NCBI GenBank assembly: GCA_008632985.1
Contig: QPGO01000172.1
Span: forward strand, 1-64,000
Direction of reading: 5' to 3'
Length of the DNA: 64,000 nucleotides
Origin: Psammoneis japonica
Taxonomy: Eukaryota
This document shows positions 12,361-24,044 of this stretch, piece by piece (within the stretch, counting starts at the first letter, position 1; every line of letters starts with the position of its first letter). Position numbers and translations under genes: made by a program. The notes under the pieces are model-generated. The model had not been told where the DNA came from. It ran no database searches and saw only the letters and a program-made list of their open reading frames with translations.

Positions 12361-15300
12361 TTATCCGCGGCAGCCAGGACTACTCAACCAAAAGCCTTCC
12401 GTCTTTGAAGATAGACTGTACAAGCTTGTGCCATCCTTGCCACAAAGGCTGTTCCATCGTACATGTGTCTCGTCAATCACGTCCATCGCTTGAGATACAG
12501 ACTTGGGCGTCAGCGATGCCAAGGTGTTTTCCGGCTTGCCGTCACTTGTCTTGTACCGCGTCAACCAGTCAATGAGTCGATCCAAGTGTCCAGGCTTGAC
12601 GCGTTCCAGATCGTCCATGTTGTGGATTCGGTCGGCGTCCTTGTCATTGAGAGCAATACAGAGAATCTTGTGATCCGTTTCACCCTCGTCGATCAACTCA
12701 AGCTCACCCAACACACGGCACGGCGTGATGCTTCCCATCTCCAGTCTCCCCGAACCCATCTCCATGACATCAAGAGGATCATTGTCACCACCATGTCCTT
12801 GTTCCGACTTGATCTCGGGGTCTTCCCACGTCTGGGGAATCAGACCGTAGTTGAAGAACGGAGTACCGTATGTGTAGTAACGAGAAGTTCCATCGCCGTT
12901 AACATCTTGAGAAATTGGATTGCCTCGGACAGCCTTCTGAACTTCCATCTTGGCGGTCATGTACATGGGGATCTCAGTTACCAAGTTGATAATGTTATCG
13001 CTCTTGCTGCTGCCTGTTGGGTACATGGGAATATCGTGCCAGAAGCTGTCGTAAGTCTTGTGGTGCATTTCGAATGAACTGGAACCAAATTGTCCTGTGG
13101 AAGTTGTCTGGGGGTCGGCGGGTGGCTCAACACGGGGTCGTGACCAGGGGATCCAGCGTTGCGGCTCATCGACGTGCTTGTAGTAATCAACTACTCCTTC
13201 CCATCCCTTTGGGACCATAAACCCACTGGGGATGCAATTCGCCTCAACAAGATCCGTCGGAATGTCGGTTGGACTACAGGGAACAGCTCCATTGCGTGCT
13301 AGCAGACGCATCTTGGTTCCAGAGATACTGATGAAATCCTCCATTCGGCTCTCATCAGGAACCTTCATAACATTGTCGGTGATATCGTACATGACCTTAA
13401 CAAAGCTCAGCATCTGCATGTTTCCAATACCAGGCGAGTTTTGAAGGACATAACGACCGTGATCACCATCGTACAAGTCGTCATCGGGATGCGCCACGGC
13501 AAGCTCCGATCCTTTCATGCCCGCTGGATCGCGACCGACGACAAAGAAGGATGCTCCAGCAGAACGACGGGATTTGGCGTGGAATTCAACCTCTGTCGGT
13601 CCGGCGTATACCATCGGTGCGGGCCAGATAGCCATGACGGTAGAGTCAGGATCCAATCCACCGGGGTGAGTTGTTCTGTACAACACGTTAACGTTTCAGG
13701 GCAACGAATACGGATTGTTAGTCAACCGATACACGTCAGAAAAGAAAATCTCAACAAGACAAGAAAAGCGACATACCCTGCCGCCAAAACTTCTTCATGC
13801 TGCTTGACTCGCACATCCAAGGGAACATCATCGTCTTTGGTCCAACCACCGAGCGGACTGAGCCACAAGACTGGCTTCTGATAGCCCTTCTTCTTCAAGT
13901 CCTCTCCCGCACTCCTCATGAGGTAAGCGTGTCCAGCGTGAGTCGGGTTGCGCGTTTGGAAAGCATAAACGGTATCCGCTCCCTTGCTCTGGAATTCCTC
14001 AACCAATTCGGTAGTAGTCTTGCGCCATTTATCAAGTCCGTCATTGTATCGGATACGGTCCAACAGTTCAACTTCACCTCCAATCAAGTAGTCGCCTCCC
14101 TCGTACATGTGCTTGATGTAAGGATGTCCCGGATCAATCACACCGTACATACGAGCCACAATCTCTTCCTTGCGATTGGCATAGACTTCCGGATCTCTCA
14201 AAATGGCTACTGTCTCGCCCATTTGAGTCACGAGCGCCACGGCACGCTTGTCGGATGATTCAATTGCGTCCTTGGTGTAGGAGGTGCAAGAGAGTGTAAT
14301 CGGAATCGACATACTGACCCTAGTCGGGGGAGGGTGTTCTTGAAAGTTGGAGAAATCAGTCTGGCGTTCCAGTCGCATGGCATTGTTGGTGAGATTGAAC
14401 GGGTCAACAAGAATAGAGTTAAAGTGTAGCGTCTCCAATAGCGTCCCCTCGCGCATGAAACCCTTGAGTGGGCTGGCCCATCCTTCTCCAATGACTTGAA
14501 GCCAATTCAAATCAATATCGGTAATCAAAACCTTGGGAAGAGTCTCGGCTTCTGCAATACGGTCGGCACGCAAGTGCTCCGGCACGTGCAAATCAATCAA
14601 CTCGTCGCCGTCGGGATTGGGTAGTCCAGGAGGAGTCACCTTGGGAGGTCCAACAAGAATACCGTCACGTTCCAACTGTCGGAATAAGATGTCGGCAGAT
14701 TCTTCAATCTGCAATTCATGAGTCTTCAAGGTAATCTCGGGATGAAGTGGTTCCTCATAAGGATCGTCAATACAGGTGAAATGCTTGAGTTCACCCGACT
14801 CCACCTTGGCGTACTGCCCCTTGGGGTCGCGCTTCTTCAACTCGTCGACAGGCACGTCCAAGAACACTTCGTAAAATGGAATACCCTGATCTTCATGGCG
14901 CTTACGAACGGCATCGCGATCATCACGATAAGGGGAGATGAGACCAACAAGAGTAATGACACCGGCATCGGCAAATAAGGTCGCCAGTTCTCCAGTCCTT
15001 CGGACAGACTCGGCACGATCGGCTTCCGAGAAACCCAAGTCACGGTTGAGCCCCGTTCGGAGATTGTCCCCATCCAACCTGTACACGTGCTTGCCATAGT
15101 GTTTGACCAACTTTTCTTCCAAAGCGGTAGCAATGGTGGTCTTACCGGCACCGCTGCAACCCGTCATCCATAGCGTAGCACCCTTTTGCTTGAGAGCCGC
15201 GAAGCGTGTCTCGGTAGGCAAGTGACAGGCCGCTTGAGACTTGCCAGCCTTGGCAGCCGCACACTCGATAATATGAGGAGGAGTCGATGCTAGAGCCTTC

Positions 15301-15889
15301 TCACGCAGTTTGCCCATGAGCTCTGTATCACTCAAGTCAGAGGTAGTCGTCGTAGTTGTTTTGGGACAGTCACACTTTGTCGCAGCAGAAGTAGAAGCTT
15401 GGGCATTCTTGATTGCAGCGGCAGAAGAAGTCGAATACGAAGAAGTTGAAGAAGTAGACGTATTGTCAATAGGAGCTGTTCCAACAGGAACTTCAGCAGC
15501 AGGCGCGGGCACAGGCGATCTCATGTTGGAATGATTCGAAATGATCCCATCACTGCCTCCGGTGCGACTGAGCACGTACACGATGGCAAGCAATACACAA
15601 ATCCCAACACACATGGGCATGCGTTCATGGACCAAGTTATCATCTCGTTCGGCATCCGAGACGGAACCATGAGGCCGTTTGCGATTTTCGTCCTGTTATT
15701 TTATACAAAAGATAATCAGAAAACAAAAACGAGTGAGAAAAATGTCTTTCGGTCTGGTACAAAAACCGCGTAGAATCTACGAGAATCGGTCATTTTCTGC
15801 CGCCGACACAAAAAACATGCCGCTACTCTTCAATTCAATTTCGGTACCGTACTTACAATCGACAGGGGAGCATAGGCGTACTTTGCCAT
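12361..15889 (-). CDS. PAPSS: PAPS synthase (APS kinase + ATP sulfurylase) fused to a C-terminal family I inorganic pyrophosphatase, with N-terminal membrane anchor; predicted exons 15889-15857, 15692-13777, 13675-12361 (1087 aa)
   Basis: APK: WMTGCSGAGKTT P-loop, LDGDNLR. ATPS: QTRNPTHAGH, VGRDPAG. PPase: NYGLIPQTWEDP, GDNDPLD, DEGETDHK. Introns GTAAGT..CAG (15856-15693, phase 0) and GTATGT..CAG (13776-13676, phase 2) join in frame, 3264 nt total. Normal TpA and Tyr content. Exon 1 is the least certain part. Confidence 0.95.
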
Positions 15890-16527
15890 GATGCTCTTGT
15901 TTCTGTATCGAATAGTAGTTGACTCGAGTCAAGCTCTCAGTGTGCTCAAGTCAACAACCGCTGGTTTCGATTATTGTGAGCACACTCTTTGGTACACACC
16001 GTCTTGGATGCTGGTGAGTGAAACAACAATCGAGAACTTTTTGACGAGCGCGGTGAAACGCAGTCAATGCCGTTTTGTCTCCACCCAAACGCGCGGGAAC
16101 ACTCTTTGCCGCACAAACCACCACTCAGACAATTTGTACGACATTTTCACGTAGCACTTGGTATGCTGACATCACGCCCAAAGTGATTGTATGCGTATGA
16201 AAATTGAGTGGTCGTGCTTTTCTATGTGCGGTCTATCCGTCGCGCGAGTGATCCCTCCACCGTCCAACCAACTTCCGATCCACAACGCTCTGCGGCACTG
16301 CGAACCCAGTCGAAGACGATCTGCGCGCACCTGCCTTGATTGAATATTTTAAAAAATTTGAGAAAACTAACAGGATACAGATTCAATCTCACTTACGAGC
16401 AAAACGTTTTGGTCACACACTCACTTTGCTTCTTATAATTTTGCTGTCGCGACAACTGATTGCCTTTCTATCCTTTTCGCCATTTATCAGTTAGTGGCAC
16501 TCCGTTGTTCAAGGACCGAACGCTAAG

Positions 16528-17600
16528 ATGGTTGGGAAAGTCAAGGGTGCTGATGCTGTTGTCTACTTGAACGAAGAGGGTGTTGTCGTTCAAAGAGAAG
16601 CAAAGAAGAGGCACACAGTCGAATCACTTACGAAAGAGTTTCCTGCAGAAGCGCATTTCATACGCAATGTTAATGTACACGCACTTCGGTCTTGCTTGAG
16701 AGGCACCCTTTGTTTTGCGAAAGCAAAAATATGTGTGGTTGTGAAGGCATCTGGAAAAAACGGGATACTTATGCAGCTACTTCCAAAAACCAAAGAACCA
16801 GTTTACATCCAAGTGAATCTTCATTCAGAATGTGGTTTCTACCTCCAGCAAGTTACTGGCTCAAAAATTCAGCCGTCAACACCTGGAAAGATTGAGCGAC
16901 CGATCCCTTTACTCGACCAATATCGAAACATTAAGATGTCAACAGAAGGACCGGATATAGAACAGTCACCACCCATTTGAAGTATTCCATCTGAATTGGA
17001 CATTCATCAGGAAAATGTTGAACTTGTCCTAAAGGGAAACACTAAAAAGGAAAAGAGTCTGAAAGCAGAGGTTCCGGTAATGTACATTTTAGAGAATGAC
17101 ATGTCGCTTCATATTCCAATGCAGGATACGTAGTGTGTTCCCACAGGATCCATCTTTGGTGGAACCGACAGGTAAGTATCTTTCAATGTTCACTTTATTT
17201 TCGTTATGTTATTGTGTCTTACCTTATATTTGTACTGGATTTGCAGATACTACTTTCAAGACTTTGTTGACATTGACAAACGGTCTCTCGAGAAAATGTC
17301 TAAATGCAAAAAAAGCAAAAAGTGAAGACGAAAAGGAATTGTTTTTGAATCTTTATTGCCTGAAACGTCAGACATTAATAGTTCCTGTTCTCATGGGTTC
17401 AAGTAAGAGGCTTCGAATCAAAAGTGTTAATCAAGAAGAGCATGACAGTATCAACAGGTATAAATGTGACGCACTCCAGTGCTTGGAATGTATTTCTCGT
17501 CGCTATTGCTTTGGATATGAAGAAGAAGATCTCCGTGTAACTCCCGGTATTTTGATTTCTTCCTGGGTTGGGGATCCGTTATCATTGGAACCTATCCTCA
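16528..17600 (+). CDS. Unknown, probably spliced coding sequence or gene fragment
   Basis: ATG ORF 16528..16980 (150 aa), then a GTAAGT..GCAG intron-like segment (~17172-17246) and open frame to ~17670. No motif recognised. Confidence 0.3.
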
Positions 17601-17603
17601 CCT

Positions 17604-18100
17604 ATGAATTTGGTTGCGCAATGCTTGATTGTTATGGGTGCTTCAACTATTCACAATTTGATGCCTCGTGATGATAGGCAGCGTCGAGTGTTACAAGAGA
17701 CGTGCGTGGGCAATCCTGTTGGTTGGCATGACTCGGATGGCCATTTTTCAACTGTGATTGGTACGGTAGAAAAGAGAGATGCGCTCGGTACGGACATCTC
17801 TACCCAAAAAACGGAAATACAGCCAACGATGCCTGCTGTAATTGTCGAAGGATGTCCTCGACTCCTTAGATCGCTCCTACTATTGATGTAAAGAGCAATG
17901 CCGATGTTCCACCAACGATTTCTCCATCGTCAGTGTCGACAACAAATTCACCGACACGTTCGCCAACCAGATATCCTACGATCGTCCCAACAACAGCACC
18001 TCCAACACTTACGCCTACGGTTAAACCCACGTCAGCCCCGACACTTGAACCTACGACTGACTTTCCAACCAAACATCCTACGCTCAACCGAACAACATAA
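17604..18100 (+). pseudogene. Frameshifted secreted-protein fragment: RRVLQ motif, Cys-rich module and Pro/Thr-rich stalk
   Basis: TCVGNPVGWHDSDGHF, frameshift near 17747, then NCDWYGRKERCARYGHLYPKNGNTANDACCNC, a stop, then PTISPSS..PTRSPTRYPTIVPTTAPPTLTPT. Architecture resembles diatom extracellular proteins. Confidence 0.6.
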
Positions 18101-18179
18101 TGCGTAGAACTAAAGCGAAGCTGGTGCAACTTACGCTTCGTTCAATTGTACAAAAGCATTCCATCCAACGCAAATAACG

Positions 18180-18605
18180 GATCTGGTGGCGGATTCTCTT
18201 TCAATGAGTTCGAGCAACTACAAGAGGAAGCAATGGATGGGATTGAGAAAGAATCATAATATACAACTCTCGTGGAACTCTTCCCCAATATGCTCGTTGG
18301 TGGCATTTTAGCCATTGTGCGTGCTCTTCTTTCCGGTGTTAACGACGTTCTTGCAGAAGTTAGTGTTCGAAGCTTTGGTGGTCCCCTCGAGTTCTTGGGT
18401 ATGATTGGACTGTTTGGCTCGGTAGTGTCCTTTATCCAAGCAACTATTTTGAGCGAGAGAATATCGCCCAGCTCTTCGAGAGCTGCGATGATGGGACTTG
18501 CTCCGCTACAAACAAATACTGCCCCTCCTTGGTATGGTTGTGGCAAACGCCGTCCGCTACATGGGCACGGCTCAGTTTCTGCTATGGTCCGAAGCAACAA
18601 TGCTG
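18180..18605 (+). pseudogene. SLC35F-like (DMT superfamily) transporter fragment, frameshifted
   Basis: GGILAIVRALLSGVNDVLAEVSVRSFGGPLEFLGMIGLFGSVVSFIQATILSER resembles the SLC35F 'GD.LA..GA.LY..SNV.EE...EFLGM.GLFG..IS.IQ..ILER' segment; continues in another frame (ANAVRYMGTAQFLLWSEATML). Confidence 0.6.
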
Positions 18606-19274
18606 AAAAGAAGACGACGAATCGTCGTCGACTCTATTCCCTGTTTGGGTGCATGCCACTCAGAGCACCAGGATTTTGGGACCACCTGTCTCTCCACCTG
18701 GCGCCGTAGCCGCATCTGAACCCAAAGGATGTGGCAGGTGACGGAACTCAAACGGCAGTGACTTCACGGATGCAAGACCGAATATCTCTCATTAGCAAGT
18801 AAGCAACTGCTGTTTGATCTCAAAGGAAGGAGCAACAGCACTCTGTTCAGTCGGGCACCAAAAACCGTGAGCGTTGCGCTGAGCGTTTGTGCTTCACGAG
18901 AGAAGGCGTATCCATCCGATGTGCCGCGGCAGCCGGCCATGCCTGCAACGATAGTAGAGATCGGAGCTTCACATGGGCGAGCCAAAAGATAATACTTCCA
19001 CAAGTACGACTCGGTCCAAACCATCAATCGTTTTTGGTCCGTCCCAAATGAGGAAGACGTGTCGTGGGTGGAAACAAGCAGTTGCAACACTTGTCGTCTA
19101 ACAAGCATTAGCATAGGACGATCCAACAAGGTTTAGTGCTAAGTGTTATCTGTAGACTAGTGCTACAAAAAGGAATCCCAAAGCGCGAAACTCGTGTACT
19201 ACACCATTCGAAAAGGGGTACGTCCCCCCCTACCGCCCTCAACTACGGCTCTTTTCACTGCAACCAGGATGGCT

Positions 19275-22200
19275 TCACCAGAGAGAGATGCTCGGGTTTT
19301 CACGGACAAACTTGCCCTTTAGGGCTTCAAAGAGGGTCGAAATAATGAGGGGTTTCTTGGTTCTATCGGTCATGCGCGAAGTCTCGTCTCCTTTTCCAAG
19401 AGCCACCAAGATACGTTTTGCGTCTTCCTTCGTCAGAAAATTGTAAATGAGGCCACTCTCCGCAAACATGGCATCGCGTTGGGCACGGTCCATGTCCACC
19501 CACACCACTGCAACAATCAATCGTAACACCTCCGCTTTGTTGGGCACCGCGTGCCACGCTTTTTGAATCATGCGAATGCGCTTGCACCGCATCTTCTCGG
19601 CGACCTGGGCGGCCTTGGCGGCGGCCTTGGCGGCACCCTGCGCTTCGACAACCTGCGCATCTTGAGTCAGAACCAGTTTATCCAGTTTGTCCTTCAACTG
19701 GGTGTCACGAAAAATGATTGCCACATTGGAACTGAGCGAAGCGCTCTCACTAACAAAGGCCACCAAAAGCTTCCGGTGCAGAGAGTCAGGCTTTACCGAT
19801 ACGTCGGCGATGTCATCAATCACCGGCCGGATGAACTCGGACAGGCACCAAGCCTCTTCGATGACATTGGTGCCATCCTCGCGATCCTCGAACACCTCTG
19901 CCAAGACTGCCTTGTTGCCCAAGAGCTGGGACTGAGGCGAATTCGCGTTTTCGCCAATGGGCTTGGGTTCAAGCTGGGGCTCGGGTTTGGGCTGGGGCTG
20001 GCTTGCCTCCAACACAATGGACTGCCCCTCACCAATGACGAGCCGGGGCGAAGCCTTTTCCGATGTTGTGGGTGATCCCTTGGTGCTGCCACCGCTGCGC
20101 ACATGGGGCGAGTCGCCGGATCCGGCGGGCGTAGAAAAAGAAACGGTCTTGGGCGGTGACTTCGCGGCACCGCCGGCGGGTTTCTCCACATTGCCAAGCT
20201 CCGAAGAGGTGGAGGATTTGAAAGTGCTTGGCGTTCCATCATGAAAAGGGAAGCTTCCAGAAGAAGCTTTGGAGAAGGGCATGTCCAACTCCACACCATC
20301 GCACAGGGCCCTGACACGATCGGCTTGAGGCGTGTTCTTCTCCAGACCATTGCCTTCCATGTTGAGCCGAGCCACCGTGACATCATTGAGGAATGACTCC
20401 AATTTTTCGAAACCATCACCGTCCAGATCATTCGACGCAACATTCAGATGTTCCACACCTGCAATTCTGGCTTTGCGGAGTCTGCACAGAACGTGTCCGA
20501 GACCCTCATTTCCAAGCTCCGTCTCGGCAACGTTCAGCTTGGTGACAGAAGGCTGGAGCTTCAGAAGTGCTCGAAAATGCTTGGCTCCCTCTGGGCCGAG
20601 CTCGTTGCCTTCAAAGCTGCACCCTGCCAACCGATCACGCCCTGTTTGTCCCATAGATTCAAAGAGTTGTTTGAAGTCTTGGGGGCCAAGGCCTGCACCA
20701 GACAGATTCAAACATTCGATCTGGCTTTTGCTGAGGACACATGTAAGATCAACAACTTGACACACACCAACATTCGCATCCGACAGGTCAACAGCCGCAA
20801 GTTTGTTGGCCGACCCACATTTGCTGTCATCATGGCAGCGCTTGAGTCATGCATCCCCACACTTCCACAGTGTTCGAGCCTCGGAGATTGTGGAGATCGA
20901 GTTTCTCCAGATTTACCGCGTTCTCGACTGCACTGGCAACGGCTTGAATGAAGGTGCCATCAACCTGGTCTTCCGCAGCCGCAATTTTGCCGACAGCCAA
21001 CGACTTGAGGGACCCCGAAGTAACCTTTCCGAACACATGCACAGCACTCGAACTGTGCAGACCCGGTCAGTGAGTGACAAGGCTTCGAGTTTGTCTTTGG
21101 GTGAACGACCGAAGAACTTGGCAACATGCTTTGCCGCTTTAGGAGAGAGTGCATTTCTCTCCAGAAAAACAGCTCTGAGCTTGGGTGTGTTGTCCAAGGC
21201 CCCCAAAAGATTCTTCACAACTTGCGGACCCGTGGTCTCATTGTTGTGAGCCAAAATGTCACTCAAGTCCACACTCTCAATGTGTGGCCGCACATTCTCT
21301 TTCAAGAATTTTGCAATGATCTCGGCTCCTTTGGGAGCAACGGGGCAGCCAGAAAGAGGCAACACGACGACGACTGGCTTGTCCTTCTTTCCTTGTTCAA
21401 CCTGCTCCGTCCATTGATCAAGTGGCTCATTTGCACCACTCTTGTCCACTGTGCGACGGTCCGAAAGTCCTTCGAGGGTGATGCCATTGGAGCAGTGCTC
21501 GGCACAATGGACATCGAAGGGCATGTCTCGGGCTTCACAGCATGCCAACACTTGCGAGCGCGCGGATGTTTCCAAAGGTGCAGCAACTGGTTCAGCACTG
21601 GGGTCAATGAACAAAGGAGGATGGTTAGACGGACCTGTTCGTCCATCCTTTTCGGGCAAGGATGTGTGTTCAAACCACTGGAGTTGCTCCGCAAACTCAT
21701 CGCCCGGCTGTCCTTGACAACGACCCGAGGCTCCAAGCTGCTCAGGACGAGGCAAAATGCTTGGCTTGTGGCAGTCGTCAGGAATCAAGGCGGGAGGGCG
21801 GTCTTCGGATTCATCACTGGGCTGCAATCGGAGGGCTTCTTGCCCCGACTTTGGCTAGATGGAACGAGGCAAAGCGCTTGGCACACCGCTCCCATGGCCA
21901 CCCGCTCTGGAACTTCCATGGAAAGGATCACAGGCCAGGGCGTCTTGCTGGAGTCGCATGGCAAGCTGGCAGTCCAACTCTTCTTGATTGGTGATGGGGC
22001 GGGTCCCGCCACCAAACGGCAATCCTGCTCATCCCAGAGCAGTGGGACTCTCGTCGTAGCTTGACACAAGTCGGGCAAAAGGATCACCAGAAGAGTGAGA
22101 ACAGCCACAGTTGTGGTTGAGCGTCTTGCCCACACTTCGGTCATTGTGGCTGCAGTCATTGCGTCGGTTGTCGTTCAGATTGTCATTGCGGCGGTTGTCG

Positions 22201-22625
22201 TTCCAATTGATTGAGCCGCCGAAGGCAACGCCGCTGACGTTGAGATTGCCGCCATCTCCCACCTGGAAGACACAAGGAGGTTGATCTTGATTCGAGGTCA
22301 TCTCGTTTGCCGGTGCTGCCAGAGCTGCTGTCGGCACCACCGCCGCTGGAGGTTGCTGCGCTGGCTGACTCTGAGCATTCATCTGAGCCTTTTTCTTGTC
22401 ACTGCGTGCAGCACACAAGTTTCTGATCTTCTCCATGTTTTTGGTGTGGTTTGGCTTGTCTTTGTGACAACAATCCCGAACAGCGCGGAATCGGTCGGGT
22501 GGGTTCTCCTCCAAGATTTTGACAATCCCGTGATTCTCCCTGCTGCAATTCTCAGAAGCCATTTGCTTGAGTTTGTTCTTGTGATCATCAGCAAATTCAT
22601 CTGCCTTGTCTGCGGTGTCGCTCAT
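19275..22625 (-). pseudogene. RanGAP/RNI-like leucine-rich-repeat protein gene with an N-terminal UIM/MIU-like motif; disrupted and TpA-erased over most of its length
   Basis: From ATG at 22625 the frame reads through TGA (22029-22031) and TAG (~21856) into ORF 20913..21827, then shifts near 21065 and 20830 into ORF 19275..20765. LRRs: IESVDLSDILA, LRAVFLERNALSPKAA, LNLSGAGLGP, SFEGNELGPEGA, LNVAETELGNEG, LNVASNDLDGDG. EELDCQLAMRLQQ is MIU-like. Confidence 0.7.
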
Positions 22626-24044
22626 CTTGAAGACAGATGCAGTGATGGCAGTTGCAGGAGCAGGAACCGAAAGCAACAACAATGCGAGATTGTGATTGTG
22701 TTCAGCAATGGTGCTGTCGCTGCAAAGCACACAAACGGTTGGAGTTGTTTGGGTGCAAGACTGGATGGTCTTGGGAGGCGCTTCGCAAGAGTGGGCATTG
22801 GACGGAGCAGTCCAAAATGTTCCGAACGGAAAAAAATTGGAGGGAAAATTTTTTTCTTCTCCCATGCAATCGTCGTTGGTTTGCATTGAAATGATTCAAA
22901 TTGAACCGGACAATTCCTCCACATGACCAATCTGAGTTTGAACGGACTCATGAGATGCCGTGTGTCAGACGGGGAAGGGCAAATTTTTCCGAACAGAAAG
23001 AAAATGGAGGGAAATCTCTAAGAGATTGATCACTCCAAAGATGCGATCAAAGTGCAAATTGTCCTGCGGACGCATGTCGACGCAGCTGCGGCAGACGGAG
23101 CAACCCAGACTCAAACAATTGTGGAGGTCTTGTTTTGAAAGGAAACACTTGAACATGCATGTGTGTTGAGTGTGAGACAACAAGAGTGCAGAACATCTAA
23201 ACACAAGTGAACACAAAATTGTTCAGAATGGAGAAATTTTGGTGGAACCACCAAAACGGCCAAACATGTGAGTGTCCACAGAAATGAACGAAATTGTGTT
23301 TGATGAAAAACCCCGCATGGCATGGCGGTGCACGCGTGCTGCACGCACGCACGTGCGTGGAATCGTCATCCGTCGTCTGTCCATCTGCCGCGCCTGCTTG
23401 CGCTGCACAGTGTCGCATCGCTCGCTTGCGCGGTGACACTCCCAAGAGCATGGCCGCCCACAAGACATCCTCTCATTGTGCTTGGCCCATCGACTTGGCT
23501 GCATGCTTCTACAAGTGAAGCGAGTGTCATGAATGAAGGACACTCGTGTTGCAAAGCTTCAATGGGCCGGCTCATGATTGTGTGAAACACATTGAACAAA
23601 ACGGTCGGAGCAACTTTGTTGGGCGATGACTGTCAGGTGGTCAGCTGAGGATGACCACAAGTCAACTAAAAGTCAAAGTCAGTCATGTCTCATGGTGTTT
23701 GGTCAGCAAACTGACTGACCTGCATCACTTTTCAGTGCCATCTGAAACTTGTTTCTGCTCTTCACAAGAGCAAATGTGAGCAATTTGCTGCACCCCAAAA
23801 CTTCCACACATGCTGTCCAGCAATTGTGCTGGCCTTTGCCCACCAGGATTTTGTTGCCTCAAGGTCAAACTCAAAACAACCTTGCCAACCAGGCTCTTTC
23901 TTTGTTGAAGATCTGGCACATTTGGAGATGGTGGCACCCTCATTTTCTTGGTTTTGTTTTCAAAATCTTGTTCCCAATTGACTTGCTTGTTTCAAAGCTG
24001 GCTCACTCGGCGGCTCTCTCAGCCAGAGCTCCCAAAGAATTGTC

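Noticed and set aside
13722..15635. ORF-track ends of the PAPSS pieces as two separate genes
   Set aside because: The tail YVAFLVLLRFSFLTCIG is intron read-through; splicing at 13776/13676 joins both ORFs in frame.
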